Below are positions 24,566 to 36,480 of a DNA stretch of 64,000 nucleotides, in pieces. The translations under genes and the position numbers were made by a program. Positions within the stretch are counted from its first letter, which is position 1. Every line of letters starts with the position of its first letter. The notes below the pieces were generated by a model that saw nothing but the letters and a program-made list of their open reading frames with translations, was not told where the DNA came from and did not search any database. This stretch comes from Squalus acanthias (taxonomy: Eukaryota): positions 45,136,001 to 45,200,000 of the forward strand of contig CM059434.1 of assembly GCA_030390025.1 (NCBI GenBank). Reading direction: 5' to 3'.

Positions 24566-25230
24566 GTGTTGCAAAGTGTGAGGCTTTGTTGTCATATAGT
24601 TTGTTTGAATTGTGGCAATGATATTGGTTGTTGGACGGAACAGAAGTGCAGGACTTTTAGTTGTGAAAATGAGAACATTTATTTTGATTAGAATTGTGTA
24701 ACTTATCTTGGGACTCCTCAGATGCCTAGCAGGATTCCTTCGTAAATGGAATTCCTATAAGCATATGAGGAATTCTTCTTTCTGAAAGGAGTATCTGGCC
24801 CCCGTTTTCCCAGGGACGATTCTGAACCTTGCACGTCTCTATACTTTTATGCAGGCGTGCATCCCTGCGGCTTTACGCAGACCTACACCTGTAAGCCCAG
24901 GGCTGGAAGTCTCTTAAGCCCCGGAGCCAGCAGGTAGGTTCATATTTTTTTTCGGGTCGGAGACATACTCCGTACCTCCAGAGGTACGCCTTGGGCTGCA
25001 AATTCAGGCCCATTTTTTCCAGCTGTTCTAACCTCCAGCGCAAGTTTCAGTGCCTAGGGAAGGTAAAGAATCGCAGGAAGCACTTTGTTGTATCCAAAGC
25101 ACTTAGTCGGAAAAGAAAGTGAAATGTATGTCGTCGTGCCTCAAGTGGAGGAGGACGACGACACAGGGTTTGGACTCCTGTGACCGTGGCGAGCATAATT
25201 ATTTGTGCTGTTGATTTTCTAAGTGCAGTG
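24566..25230 (+). repeat. Degenerate relics of the array spacer (no 7SL gene)
   Basis: 24566-24631 resembles unit 385-430, 25018-25055 resembles unit 1048-1085, and 25121-25230 resembles unit 137-251; same order and orientation as the array. Confidence 0.75.
24700..25011. mobile_element. Truncated MITE-like element
   Basis: Ends in AAATTCAGGCCC, similar to the TIR of the 25562-26294 element, and has internal palindromes. Left end not identified. Confidence 0.4.
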
Positions 25231-25289
25231 TCATGAAAATTCTAAGTGATCCAGCACAGCCTTTTGTTGGCAGGAACTCCACATATCCA

Positions 25290-26470
25290 CTACTCTTTGT
25301 AGGATTTCATTCCTGAATTACCAAGCTCCAATTTTAAGTTTGTGCCCCCTTAGTTTTGGATTTGCCTACCCGAGGAACTAGCTACTTTGTACCTACTCTG
25401 GAATAATTTTGTCAGTTTAAGCACCTCAATTAGATCACGCTTTAACAGTCTAAACTGAAGGGAATACAAGCCCCGTTTGTGCAACCTGTCCTCATAATTG
25501 AATCTTTTAAGCCGGTTGTCATTTGGATAAATCTGCACTGTGTACCCCCTTTGAGGCTAATGGCCCAGAAATTAAACACTGAGTGTTCACGCGGGGGTAA
25601 GGCTTCCCCGCGATATCTCACTCCGCGCCTACCTTTTTCCTCCGGGCCCACACGAACTTTCGTTTCAAGGCTGCAGCTGTGCAGTGCTTGCGTGACCCAG
25701 AGACGCAATTAGTTCGTGCGAGCTCTGGGATTACGTGATTCAGTTAGAGCCAATGGCAGCACACCATCTTTCATTCATAGTTTTGACAGCAAGGGCTGTC
25801 AAAGCTATGAATACTATACCCCCCCAAAAGAACAGCTAAACCTTAATTAAATTTAAAAAAAGCCATCACATTAATAAAATTAGTTAAATAAATTAACCAC
25901 TTTAAACAAAAAATTAAATTTTTGGAAAAATTTAAAATCTTTTTAAAAGTTATAAAAATAAACTTACCTTTCTTTAAAGTCTCTAAAAAAGATAAACCTG
26001 TTGAAAAAAATTTAAAATACTTAATTAACTACTTACCTCGTTAAAAGAGGGTCTTACGCCTCCTTTCTTTGTGTAAAATCTTCCATGCTTACCTGCGCGT
26101 TCAAAGCACTAAGTGCACTGCGTGCGCGCAGCCTGTAGCGCGCACACGGTTCACTTAGGAACCGCCCCCTTTTGAATTCACGAAGTGCCGGTTTCCCGTG
26201 CATGCGCAGTGCATGCTGGAAACCGGCAAATGGAGACCTAAAACGCGAGAGTACACAGTGCGTACTCTCGCGTATTAGGTCTAATTTTCGGGCCAATGTA
26301 TCCTTCCTTAAGTGCGGTGCCCAAAGCTGAACACAATTTCCAGATGGGGTCTGAACAATGCTCTGTAGAACTGAAGCATAACTTCTTCCCTTTTATATTC
26401 CAACCCCATTGAGATAAAGGCAAACATTCCATTAACCATTTTGAATTCTTTTTGTACCTAGGTGCTAGCG
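25290..26470 (-). mobile_element. CR1 LINE 3' fragment, split by a MITE
   Basis: Minus-strand translation resembles the CR1 ORF2 C-terminus (LKRFNYEDRLHKRGLYSLQFRLLKRDLIEVLK); sequence resumes after 26297. Confidence 0.75.
25562..26294. mobile_element. Non-autonomous DNA transposon (PIF/Harbinger-like MITE), 733 bp
   Basis: TIRs GGCCCAGAAATTA / TAATTTTCGGGCC; 3-bp TSD AAT at 25559-25561 and 26295-26297; removing it restores the CR1 sequence. Confidence 0.8.
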
Positions 26471-26699
26471 GTTATCCTTTTCTTGTGCAACAAAGGAAAT
26501 GCTGAGAGTTAAAAATTAAAGGAGACATTTCTTTGAAAGGAAGGATTTTACTCTTTCTCCTTCTCCCTCCCCCCACCCCTTACATTTGCTGAATAAATCA
26601 ATTTAAATTACTCCTTGAATGGAACGGACTTCCACGTATCTACCCAATATCCACTGGACTTTTTAACAGCACAACCCAAATAAGAAGATACATGAACAT

Positions 26700-29600
26700 T
26701 TGATTTTGAAACTGACTTTATTAAAAACAAGTTACATATTTAACAGTTATGGAGTCACATTTAGTCCATTAGGATGTGGACAGGATTTGGATAGAAATAC
26801 TGTACATCTTCACTAAGTAAAAAGATAAACATGATCTGGACATACATTTGGTTCTTAGAGCTAAAGGCAATGTAGATCAGTCAAGGCAACATTTTTGCTC
26901 CCCAGTGTGCTTCTTGGTCTGCTAACATTCACACTTAACAGTCACAGCATCAAGTAGTGACAACATAAAACATCACAAAATTACCACAATAGTGTGACCT
27001 CCCATCCCCATCACAAGTTATTTGCAACGTCACTGTCCCCCACTTAAAAACTAATTTGCAAAGATTTTTATCGGACCATCTTTGCAAATATTAATTTTCA
27101 ATGATAGCATGATTAATACAGAAAGGCAGTTTGTTATACGTTTTAAGGCTAAAATTTAGTTTCTCCGAGCCCTAAATTCAACCTATTGTAGTGAAAATAA
27201 AGTCTTCAATTTCACCGTTCAGCTCCGCTGAAGGGGTTTCTGTTGAAACCATCCCATTTGAAACTTTTGTCACCTGGGAGACATCTTGAAACAGTCAACT
27301 ATTAATTGTATTGGAGGTTATTTTCTCAGCCTCGAATGAGGGTGAAGATTTAGAATTTTAAAATACAAGGACAAAATATGAAGTATTTACATTAAAGACA
27401 AGAGCAGCAACATTTCATTTTTGCCATACAAAAGTGAAGTGTAATCAAGAATTACTTGTACATGTGTTCAGTTGGAAAGGTTGAGCAAGGCACATGAATG
27501 ATTTTTTTTTTTTAAACAGGTGGGACTAGTAGAAATGGTGTACCATTTCTTCTATTGAAGGAGAATGCTTTTGCTTGAATCAAACCTTCAGCTTGTCAAA
27601 TTAAACCTACATTTTTTCAGCTCAGTCATCTTAAAAGTTCAAGGTAGTGTACTTCCAATGGAACGTATGCAATTTTTTTTCAAAAAAAGTTAGGAAACTT
27701 AAGCTGATTTTTAAACACACAGGAGACAAATGTACCACAAATGTAGATCTGAATTTGGATGGGTAGAGACCACAGCCTGAAGAACCTCACAAATAGAGAC
27801 ATCTATTTAAATAAATGACAACTGACACATGGTGTTTTCATAATGCTGATTAAGCTGCAATATATGCAACATCTCAATATTTAGCTAGAGGGGAAAAAGC
27901 AGCAAAAGAGCGGTGGACTTCTAACATCAGCACAGTTGAAGAGGCATTTTACATAAATTGTTTTGCTGTTGATTAGGTCAACCCCAGCTAAGGGAGACAT
28001 TTTAAAGAAACAAAACACTACATGGTCAGTCTGTGCAAATTGGTCTTATTCGGAGGTACCCATGGTTACACAGGGCAACTGCAAGCTTGCAGCAACTATG
28101 CTATTGCAGAATAATTTACAGGTTGGAGGGAAGGCCCCCACCTGCCAGTATTGTATAACATTTGAACTCTACTGCAGAGGAAGACATGTTGATATGAATA
28201 AATACAAAGCCCTTCCAGTTTTCTATCATGAACAATTCTGCATTTCCACAGTGAGCTGCAAGTCTTGCACATGGAGCAGCAGCAAGTGTAAATGTTGCCA
28301 AGGATTACTGCCCACCTTTGTGAACTGAGCATCTTGTGCAGGGCTGTGGCAGAAGGGCAGATTTTAAAGAAAATAAGATACAACTAACCATTCGAGTGCA
28401 GCAGAAAAGACATCTTTACTGACTCATGGAAACAAATGCACACATACCCATCAGTTAAAACTCATAATACTGAGTATTTCAATTGCACTTCTGGAGCTGG
28501 CTAATTGTCCTGCAGCTTCTTTTGGGGGTGGCCTGTGAGGAATTCAACCAACTGCAATGTGTAAATATTAGTGGAAAAAGGAATCTGTAGTTTTCTATGA
28601 AATTGCCAATCACTCGGTGCTTCTTTGCAAATGAAGAATTTCAGCAAAAAATATAGCATACCCACCAGGTGAGACCCAATTGAATTCATCTTTGTTGTGC
28701 CTTTTCAATTATAATGGTTTGCCTTTATATTTAAAACCTTTGAATACTTAATTTTTGATTAGTTACATTTTACTTTTCTACACTCGAGACAGTGCCTTTA
28801 CTCTAACATAGAAATGGCTGAAAGTAACTTTGGGGAAAAAAAACATGTGAAATCCACATTTCAAATAGCCGAAACCTTTTAAATTTTGCTAGCAGTAATA
28901 CTTCAATATGTGACTGCAAAGTCACAGAATCCCTCAGCTCAGATATTGGACCTTTATTAAAAAGTACAAGAGTACAGGAGCTGCAATTGAATTCATAATT
29001 TCACCCCAACACTTTGCCGTTCACCATCTACGTACGGGCAGCATCACCTATCACACAGAATTGTGATTTAATGACCCACGTGTGAAATGTTGAGCGGTTG
29101 TGCAAGCCTTTCTATGCACTCATTTTGTCGGTTTGCCTGAACTTGTATGGAATTATGTCTGCCAGCAGTGGTCATTAGTTCTGGATCTTCTCCAATGGCA
29201 TTAACCACAGTAACCCCAGAGACTGCACTACCACAAATGAACAGTCTCCTTCACAGATCGCAGCAAACAGCAGTGTGGCTGCGTACAAAACTGAAGCTCC
29301 AATTGGGAAAATAAAATTATTGTAACTTCTGGATCAGAATTTGAAATACAGAGTTAGTGTTTACGGAAATAGTATTTTCAAAATTTGAACCTTCATTCTA
29401 CACGTGTACTATACAAAAAACCAAGGGGCACTTTCACCCTTTTCCATTCAGTTCCACTTAAAGCAGCCCAGTAACGTGCAATTACAGCAATCAATACCCT
29501 CGTGGCTAATCTGATTTGTGCTGTTCCCCAGGAAATGTTGTGCCTCTGAGCAAGTCAGTGAACTTAGCACCTTTAATTTAATTGAGAGCTTGCAGCCGCA

Positions 29601-29918
29601 ACAGAGAAAGGCACCATTTTGAGCTTACAAGCAGTGAAGTGCTTCAGTATTTTCTTTTGGCACACGATTTCCCACCATCCTTTAATCTGAGATATTCAAA
29701 AATAGATATAAAATGAAGGTGACACTAAGTGCATGCAACCAATTTTGTTTTGTGATTTCATCAAATTGATTGGTCCACTGGTGATGTGCATCAGCTGGAA
29801 TTTGCTGTTTGTCCACAGTTAATTTCTTCTTTCAAGTAAAAATAAATTGCAGGAGTCCGGGTTAGGCTTTTCTTTGCAACTTGTTCCACTTCCCACCCTT
29901 TTTGCGAGGCGTGGGGGG
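26700..29918 (-). other. PIK3C2A: Probable ~3.2-kb 3' UTR of PIK3C2A
   Basis: AT-rich, repeat-poor stretch between the stop codon and the distal AATAAA. Confidence 0.55.
26717..26722 (-). promoter_or_regulatory. Probable PIK3C2A polyadenylation signal AATAAA
   Basis: TTTATT on plus, followed on minus by a GU/U-rich downstream tract. An alternative AATAAA lies at 28953-28958. Confidence 0.55.
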
Positions 29919-30101
29919 TTACGCATTGGACGCAGCAGTCAGTTTGTACCAGTTAACGGTTTCCTTGCTCAAGTCAAACTCTTTCAGAGTTAACGTAACG
30001 CCACCCAGGTAAACGTTTTCTCGTAACGACTCTGCGCTTAACACACTCAGCTGCAACTCCCTCTGTTTGAGTGATTCTTTACTGTATCCACTGTATACCA
30101 A
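29919..30101 (-). CDS. PIK3C2A: PI3K-C2alpha last coding exon (C-terminal C2 domain, stop TAA)
   Basis: [37 protein letters not shown]...[10 protein letters not shown]; AG acceptor at 30102-30103. Confidence 0.96.
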   Translation of the reverse strand: MVYSGYSKESLKQRELQLSVLSAESLRENVYLGGVTLTLKEFDLSKETVNWYKLTAASNA

Positions 30102-31129
30102 CTAAAGGGGAGGAAAAAATATTTATAAAACTAGAATTCCACATTTCAAGTACTCCTTCATGTATCCATCTTCCATGCCCATCAGCTAGCTCCAGATTTG
30201 CTGTTTGGGAACCTTACAAGTGAACTGAAGAATGTTTCTCAAAAAAGGAATATGTTGCAAGATGTCCCGAGGAACTTTCATTACGTGCGCAGCTCTTTCC
30301 TATGCAAGACATTTATTAGGATAGCTCATTCAAATGACCCTGGTACAGCTGTAGGCCGATATGTATGCAAGGTGTAACGTTATTTTGCAGAGGCTATTAT
30401 TACGGGAGTCCAGCCCATAGCTAGACACACCAATCACAGTCTATTAGTTTTGTTGCAACTGACCAGTGCTGGGCCTGATTAATGTTGAGCAATCAAATAG
30501 AGTTTACAGGCCAGAGACCATTATTTTAGGTACACTTTTCAAAAAGTTCACTTAGAATGGGACAACAATTTCATTTACCTAATGCCCTTAGTGTAAAAAG
30601 TATCTCAAGGCATTCTACAAGTGAGGGGGAGGAATAGACATAAAAGCTCAGGCCCAAACTCTGATACAAGAGTGACGGAGTGGAACCCACGGCTGCCCAA
30701 ATGGAAGCGAATGGACCCTGTCTCAAATTGTGGGGACAGGGTAACTAACCTGTTCAGGTGGATGGCCCATGTCTGTAAAGCGGCAGAGGTGCCTGCTGTC
30801 TTCCACTTGCAAATGTCTCGCCCCCCCCCCCCACCCCACACAACACACCTCGCCACACCAGAGGCCCTTTCTGGGCTCAAGAAATAGGAGCACTAATGGA
30901 TTTTCAGTTGCAATGAGCGCTGTAACTGACAGTATAAGGTCATGAATCCCCTCTGGGATTGATCAACTTACTTCTGTTAAGGTCTGGGGCATATCCAAGG
31001 CATCACTGGAGCTGAGAGCCGCCAAGATTTCTTAAGGGCATAAAGAGTTTATGAAGATTCATGCTAAATCATTTATTTGCGAGTGAATTATTTTAACCAC
31101 TTCAGCAATTGGTATAAAAAAAAAATCTA

Positions 31130-31415
31130 GAAATAAATAACTGGTACCAGTAAAAGTGACCCTGAAGCTGTGTGATTGTAAAAACCCAATTGGTTCACTA
31201 ATGCCATTAAGGGAAGGAAACCTGCCACCCTTACCCAGTCTGGTCTATGGCACTCCAGTCCTACACCAATATGGTTGACTATTAACTGCCCTCTGACGTG
31301 GCCTCGGAAGTCACTCAGTTATATCAAAACCCCACCACCTTCTCAAAGGGCAACTAAAGATGGGGAATAAATGCCAGCTTTCTTGCAATACTCAAATCCC
31401 GAGAATGAAAAAGAA
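31130..31415 (+). mobile_element. SINE or LINE 3'-end-like fragment
   Basis: Ends in GGGCAACTAAAGATGGGGAATAAATGCCAGC...GAATGAAAAAG, a tail resembling chondrichthyan CR1-related retroposons (recognised from memory). Confidence 0.45.
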
Positions 31416-31959
31416 AAAATAGTTTTTGAAATGGGATGCTACAGATGTGCCAGTGTAAAAGAGCTGGCTGGACCTAAATCTGTAGAACAAGCTGGTACAA
31501 ATCAATAAGTTCAAACCAAGAATGGAACTGCAGATGGACTAAGACTGAACAGGGATGCGCCATTAAGTTGGACAAAGGCATAAAAAGCAATAAACAGCAC
31601 ACTAGCTGCAGAGAGAAGCCTTGTCTAATATGCAAGGGAGTGGGAAACCAGCCAGCAAATGTAATTTTTAGGGAAGTGATTTGTTCCGGCAAAGGATTTC
31701 CAATTGCTGAGAAGCCAGCATTTTCACCCCCTGCAGACATCATATTCAAAACTGCTGACCTCGGACAGCAAATCACACTACTTGCAGTAAGTGCAGTTAT
31801 CCACAAGGTGTCACCTCACACCAAGTCACTTGCCTGGATTATGTGAAATTCTCAGGTCCCTGCACAGATAGATCCAAGATTCTGAACTTGGCACTCTTAG
31901 AAATAGCATTATAATTACTGTCCTTCAGAGCCTGCAGGCTTTACCCACTCATTTGTTCA

Positions 31960-32181
<222 letters not shown>

Positions 32182-32612
32182 CTATAGTCAAAAATATAAA
32201 ATATACTAACCAAAAAAAGGCACCAAGCAAAATACCAGATGTTGCATCAGTTAAACGCTTGTATAAAACTGCATGCAGAATGCTTACAATGACATTACAC
32301 AGTGCATTCCTGATAAGCTACTTTGCTGTTGGAAAAAAATGCATGTTAAGTGACCAAGGTTTTCATTTCAAAAATATTTTAAAAGGCAGGAATACAGAAA
32401 AACCAAGAACTATTTTGTGTCCAATGGAGGGAGGGGGGAATAAAGAGAACTAAAGAGGGAGAAAACACAAATGAAAGAGGGCAAGAGAATGAAAGAGGGA
32501 GCGCCAATGCGCACGTGAGCTGAGTGAATGGAGAGAGCGCACACGAGTGTTCGTATGAGGAAAGAGACATTAAAGGTGTGCATCAGGAGTAGAAAGGGCG
32601 TGGGTGAGCACC

Positions 32613-33079
32613 AGAAAGTGAAAGACTTGCATTTATATAGCGCCTTTCACAACCACCAGACGTCTCAAAGCGCTTTACAGCCAATGAAGTACTTTTGAAG
32701 TGGAGTCACTGTTGTAATGTGGGAAACGCAGCAGCCAATTTGAGCACAGCAAGCTCCCACAAACAGCAATGTGAAAATGACCAGATAATCTGTTTTTATG
32801 ATGTTGGTTCAGGGAGAAATATTGGCCAGGACACCAGGGATAACTCCCCTGCTCCTCTTCGAAATAGTGCTATGGGATCTTTTACATCCACCCGAGATAG
32901 CAGACGGGGCCTCGGTTTAACATCTCATCCGAAAGAAGGCACCTCCGACAGCGCAGCACTCACTGAGCACTGAACTGGAGGGTCAGCCTAGATTTTTGTG
33001 CTCAAGTCCCTGGAGTGGGACTTGAACCCACAACCTGACTCAGAGGAGAGAGTGCTACCCACAGAGCTCCAGCTGACAC
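32613..33079 (-). mobile_element. tRNA-derived DeuSINE (SacSINE1-like), full length
   Basis: Reverse-complement relative of 52890-53344; Deu-domain core AGACGGGGCCTCGGTTTAACATCTCATCCGAAAG; L2-like tail. Confidence 0.85.
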
Positions 33080-33230
33080 TTAAATAGAGAGCACAATCCA
33101 ATATTATTTGATTGCCCCCAAGGGACACAAGGGCAAAATCCATGTGATTACACCACATGTACCAAGGAAACAGGTGAGAGGGCCCTTGCTGGGAGGCTAG
33201 GGCACAGCTCTGAGCATGACTGTCACTTAC

Positions 33231-33340
33231 CAGATCTCTGATGTGCATTACCATGATGAATAGTGTACTGTTTCTGTATGAAATAGACAGCTTAACTTCT
33301 CCCCCCACTTGACCTGTGCTGGGACTTGGTCGAACAATTT
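33231..33340 (-). CDS. PIK3C2A: PI3K-C2alpha exon (start of C-terminal C2)
   Basis: [36 protein letters not shown]; 110 nt. Confidence 0.95.
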
Positions 33341-33544
33341 CTATGGAGATATAAATTTTAAAGAAATGGAAATTACACATGGGAAAGACACCGCACTGTA
33401 TATACATACAATCACGAACATCTTCAATCAGGATTGGCGACGCACAACCAAAGCATCTGGTCAAGTTTTGTTGATAAAAGATCATTTTCTGTTTTGATTC
33501 AGAACAAAATTCTCCTTTGACTTAAAGATATTTTAATGGGGCTT

Positions 33545-33950
33545 TTCTCAATGACTCAAACTGAGCCACACAGAGACTTGGAAAGCTCCAAGTTATATCC
33601 CTAACCTGTGCTCAGCTACCTGATCTCAGCTGGGGAGGCAGGAGAGCCAAATATGGTGTCTGCATCCTGCGTAAGTGGAGGGAGAAAGGGAGAAAAAAGC
33701 AGTAAGAGGAGGAAAGAAAAAAAAAAGTCAGCTATGGATCTTGATCCTGATCACTCGAGTAACCTGTCCTGGATTGTGCTTGGGTCGATATTGGACAAGG
33801 ATATGACTGGGTAGCAATGCTGCTCAGGTCGAATAGGTTGTTAACACTCACTGTTTGGGCTTAAAGAGTTTTGCCAGTTCAGTGAAGTGCTAGAGGACCA
33901 TTAGTGCTCAGTGAAATGCACCCCAGGCTTGGGCTATTGCCTGCAGGAGC
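33545..33950 (+). mobile_element. Degenerate tRNA-derived SINE (second family)
   Basis: Shares a CTGTGCTNAG...CTGATCTCAGCTGG core, in reverse complement, with copies near 42070, 54090 and 56770. Confidence 0.5.
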
Positions 33951-35534
33951 AAGTGGTGAATATTGCTAAAAGAAAAATGGTATATGCTGCAGTGAAGTGT
34001 GATTACGCTGAAGTACCGAAAGGGGAAAAAATCAATCCTTCATTCAGCATGGAAATCAAGATCTGGGTTATGAAAAAAAGTGAATAAAGTCCCAAAAACT
34101 AAAAAAAAAAAACTGGATAAACCTCGATACTTTTTCTCATTCCCAATTCTCCTCCTCTTCCTCCCTATCCTTTTCTGAACAGCAGAAAATCTCCCGGGGG
34201 TGATGGGAGCCTTCCAGGTACAGTACTTCACACTAGCCAGCATGCTTTCCACTTCAGCACTGCAAGTAAGAGTGCCTGAATTTGGAGTGGGGAGGAGGGG
34301 GATGAGAAGTAGGGTCAGGATTTCAGACGCTGACTTAAAACCACGCTGGGCAATGAGAGCAATTAGGGCAACCCGTTGCTTAGGTTATCGAAGCAATCGC
34401 CACTGTTCAGGATCCACCATTTTGCCTCCCTTCCTTAGGTTGTACAACAGAAAAGCAGCCAGAATTGCCCTTGAAATAAAATAGAAACAAGTCAAAGGTT
34501 AAATAGCTCCCTTAAGTTTAAAAGAAAAACAACTTTCCCTGAACAATTTTGTTTTACTTTTTGTTCCCTATCTCTAGAGAGTAAGGGCTTTGTGCCCCTT
34601 TACTTCTAGCAACCCAGTCTCCAATGGCTTGCAGGTTTCTGACAACATACAAAGACCTAAAAACAGAGGAGATGACAAATCGCCCTGGGAGATGGTTCAT
34701 GAACTGAGTAATGCGGGAGATTTAGAGTCAATTCGAAGATTCCTTTGCAGGCTGCTCATGTGCCTAGTGATGAGAGATTCTCACAGAAATTCTGTGGAAC
34801 AGAGTCTAAAATGCTGTCATCAACCAATCATCTGGATCAAAAGGTTACAGGAATGTTAATGCCCAAGACCAACTTTGCAATTTAACCTTGCATGCAAGAG
34901 TAGGCCTTAATCCAACTGCAGAATTATTGACCTACATTTTTGTAGGTCTATCACGCTGTGGGTTCCTTGGAAGTCCAATTTTTTTGTACTTGGGAAGGCA
35001 GCTCGACAGCAGAAGACTACATTTCTGAGGATACTGATCTGCGAGATCGGATAATGCTGCCCATAGATTTCGGAACTGAAGCCATTATGAAGCAGTCATG
35101 TTACTAAGAACACTGCTGCCTGAAGCAATTTCTAGACGTGTACAGAATAAGGTTAGAAAACCACAGCACATGATGCCTGATCAGCAACCTGAATGAGTTA
35201 CCCAGGATGGCAACGGTTTAACAGTGTTTTTGTCATGCTTCAGTTATAGGAATCTTGCAAACTTGCATTCTTTCATGCCCCTGTAAGATATCAAGTGGTA
35301 TTTCTAAATACATCAGAAACTGTTTTAACAGGTTGTAACACATTAGGGGATATGATGGCAATTTGTATGCAACTCTTTTTTTAAAAATGCAGCAAATTTG
35401 CATGTTGAGGCAAGTTATGATATAACTTGTTAAACATTGCATCACCAAATCTTGATAGGTGGCACAACCACAAGGGAACAGAAACAACAAGAAACACTTG
35501 TCCTGTCAGCAAATTAAAACTACTTTTGCATTAC

Positions 35535-35616
35535 CTGCGGGTTTGACTATTCCATCAATTCCTTCAGCCTTCTCATCCCGGCCCAGTGGGCGGAAAAAGG
35601 TGTAGATGAGATCACA
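35535..35616 (-). CDS. PIK3C2A: PI3K-C2alpha exon (end of PX domain)
   Basis: CDLIYTFFRPLGRDEKAEGIDGIVKPA; 82 nt. Confidence 0.93.
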
Positions 35617-36145
35617 CTGAGGACAGTAAAGAAAAGTCAGTTTTTACATTTCAGCTAAAAACTTTATAGTGCACAGTTCCAGAGAAAAAAAAAGGCAGAG
35701 CGAGAGGGAGACACAGAGCGAGAGACAGACACAGAGAGTGAGAGACAGAGTACATTTTACAATAATGCAGTTGTTTAATTTAAATTGTGGACAGAGTTAT
35801 GATTCTCTGTTTCTAACCACCCCTTCCCTGATATGTTGGGTGTTTATCTTTCTGTTCCTTGGGTTTATTGCACGATCCTCAGTCATCCAGCCATGTTCTT
35901 TAATCAACTATCAGTAAATACACAAGAACAGCAGGACTGACTTATTTCAGAGATGGTTCAGCAATGTCATGCAGAAAATTGTGGGAGGGAACCCACATCC
36001 TACCATTTCATTGCACCAGCTGAGTTTATAACGGAGTTCGATAAAGAAAACAGTTTGAGTGCCTATTGTATACAGGCTCAAACACAGGACAAGCTGTGTG
36101 AGCTTAATAGACTTAATTTTGTTCCTAAGTCCACTCAATTCTTAC

Positions 36146-36263
36146 CTCAGCTACTTCAGTTGAGCCATTCATCAGACACTGCACGTAATTGTTCAGCTCC
36201 ACCTTGCGCTTGGAGGCCACATCCTTAATGTGCGTTCGCCCAAGGACCACTTTGTTGGGGAAG
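36146..36263 (-). CDS. PIK3C2A: PI3K-C2alpha exon (PX domain)
   Basis: [39 protein letters not shown]; 118 nt. Confidence 0.96.
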
Positions 36264-36355
36264 CTGGAAAAACAAAGCCTTATTGTCTAAATCACCATAA
36301 ACAAAAAGGAGTTCTTCATAAATTAAAGAGCATTTCTTTCTTTAAAAAAACCTAC

Positions 36356-36480
36356 CCTGGAAGTTTCCACAGGGGGAAGAGGATGCCCAGTTTGTTGTGC
36401 AGCTCCTGGAATTCATCAAATGTTCTGAAGATAAATGTTGGAGCGATCTGTCCTTCCCGTAATACCCTCACCACATATAT
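36356..36480 (-). CDS. PIK3C2A: PI3K-C2alpha exon (PX domain)
   Basis: [41 protein letters not shown]; 125 nt, followed by a 92-bp intron. Confidence 0.96.

Noticed and set aside
26188-26226. RPS13 exon 1 look-alike (RMHGK in ORF 26054-26296)
   Set aside because: Lacks the MG start and the AP residues of MGRMHAPGK, and lies within a MITE palindrome
27963-28383. ORFs in the PIK3C2A 3' UTR and other short intronic ORFs
   Set aside because: No homology, no splice support, and consistent with random open frames
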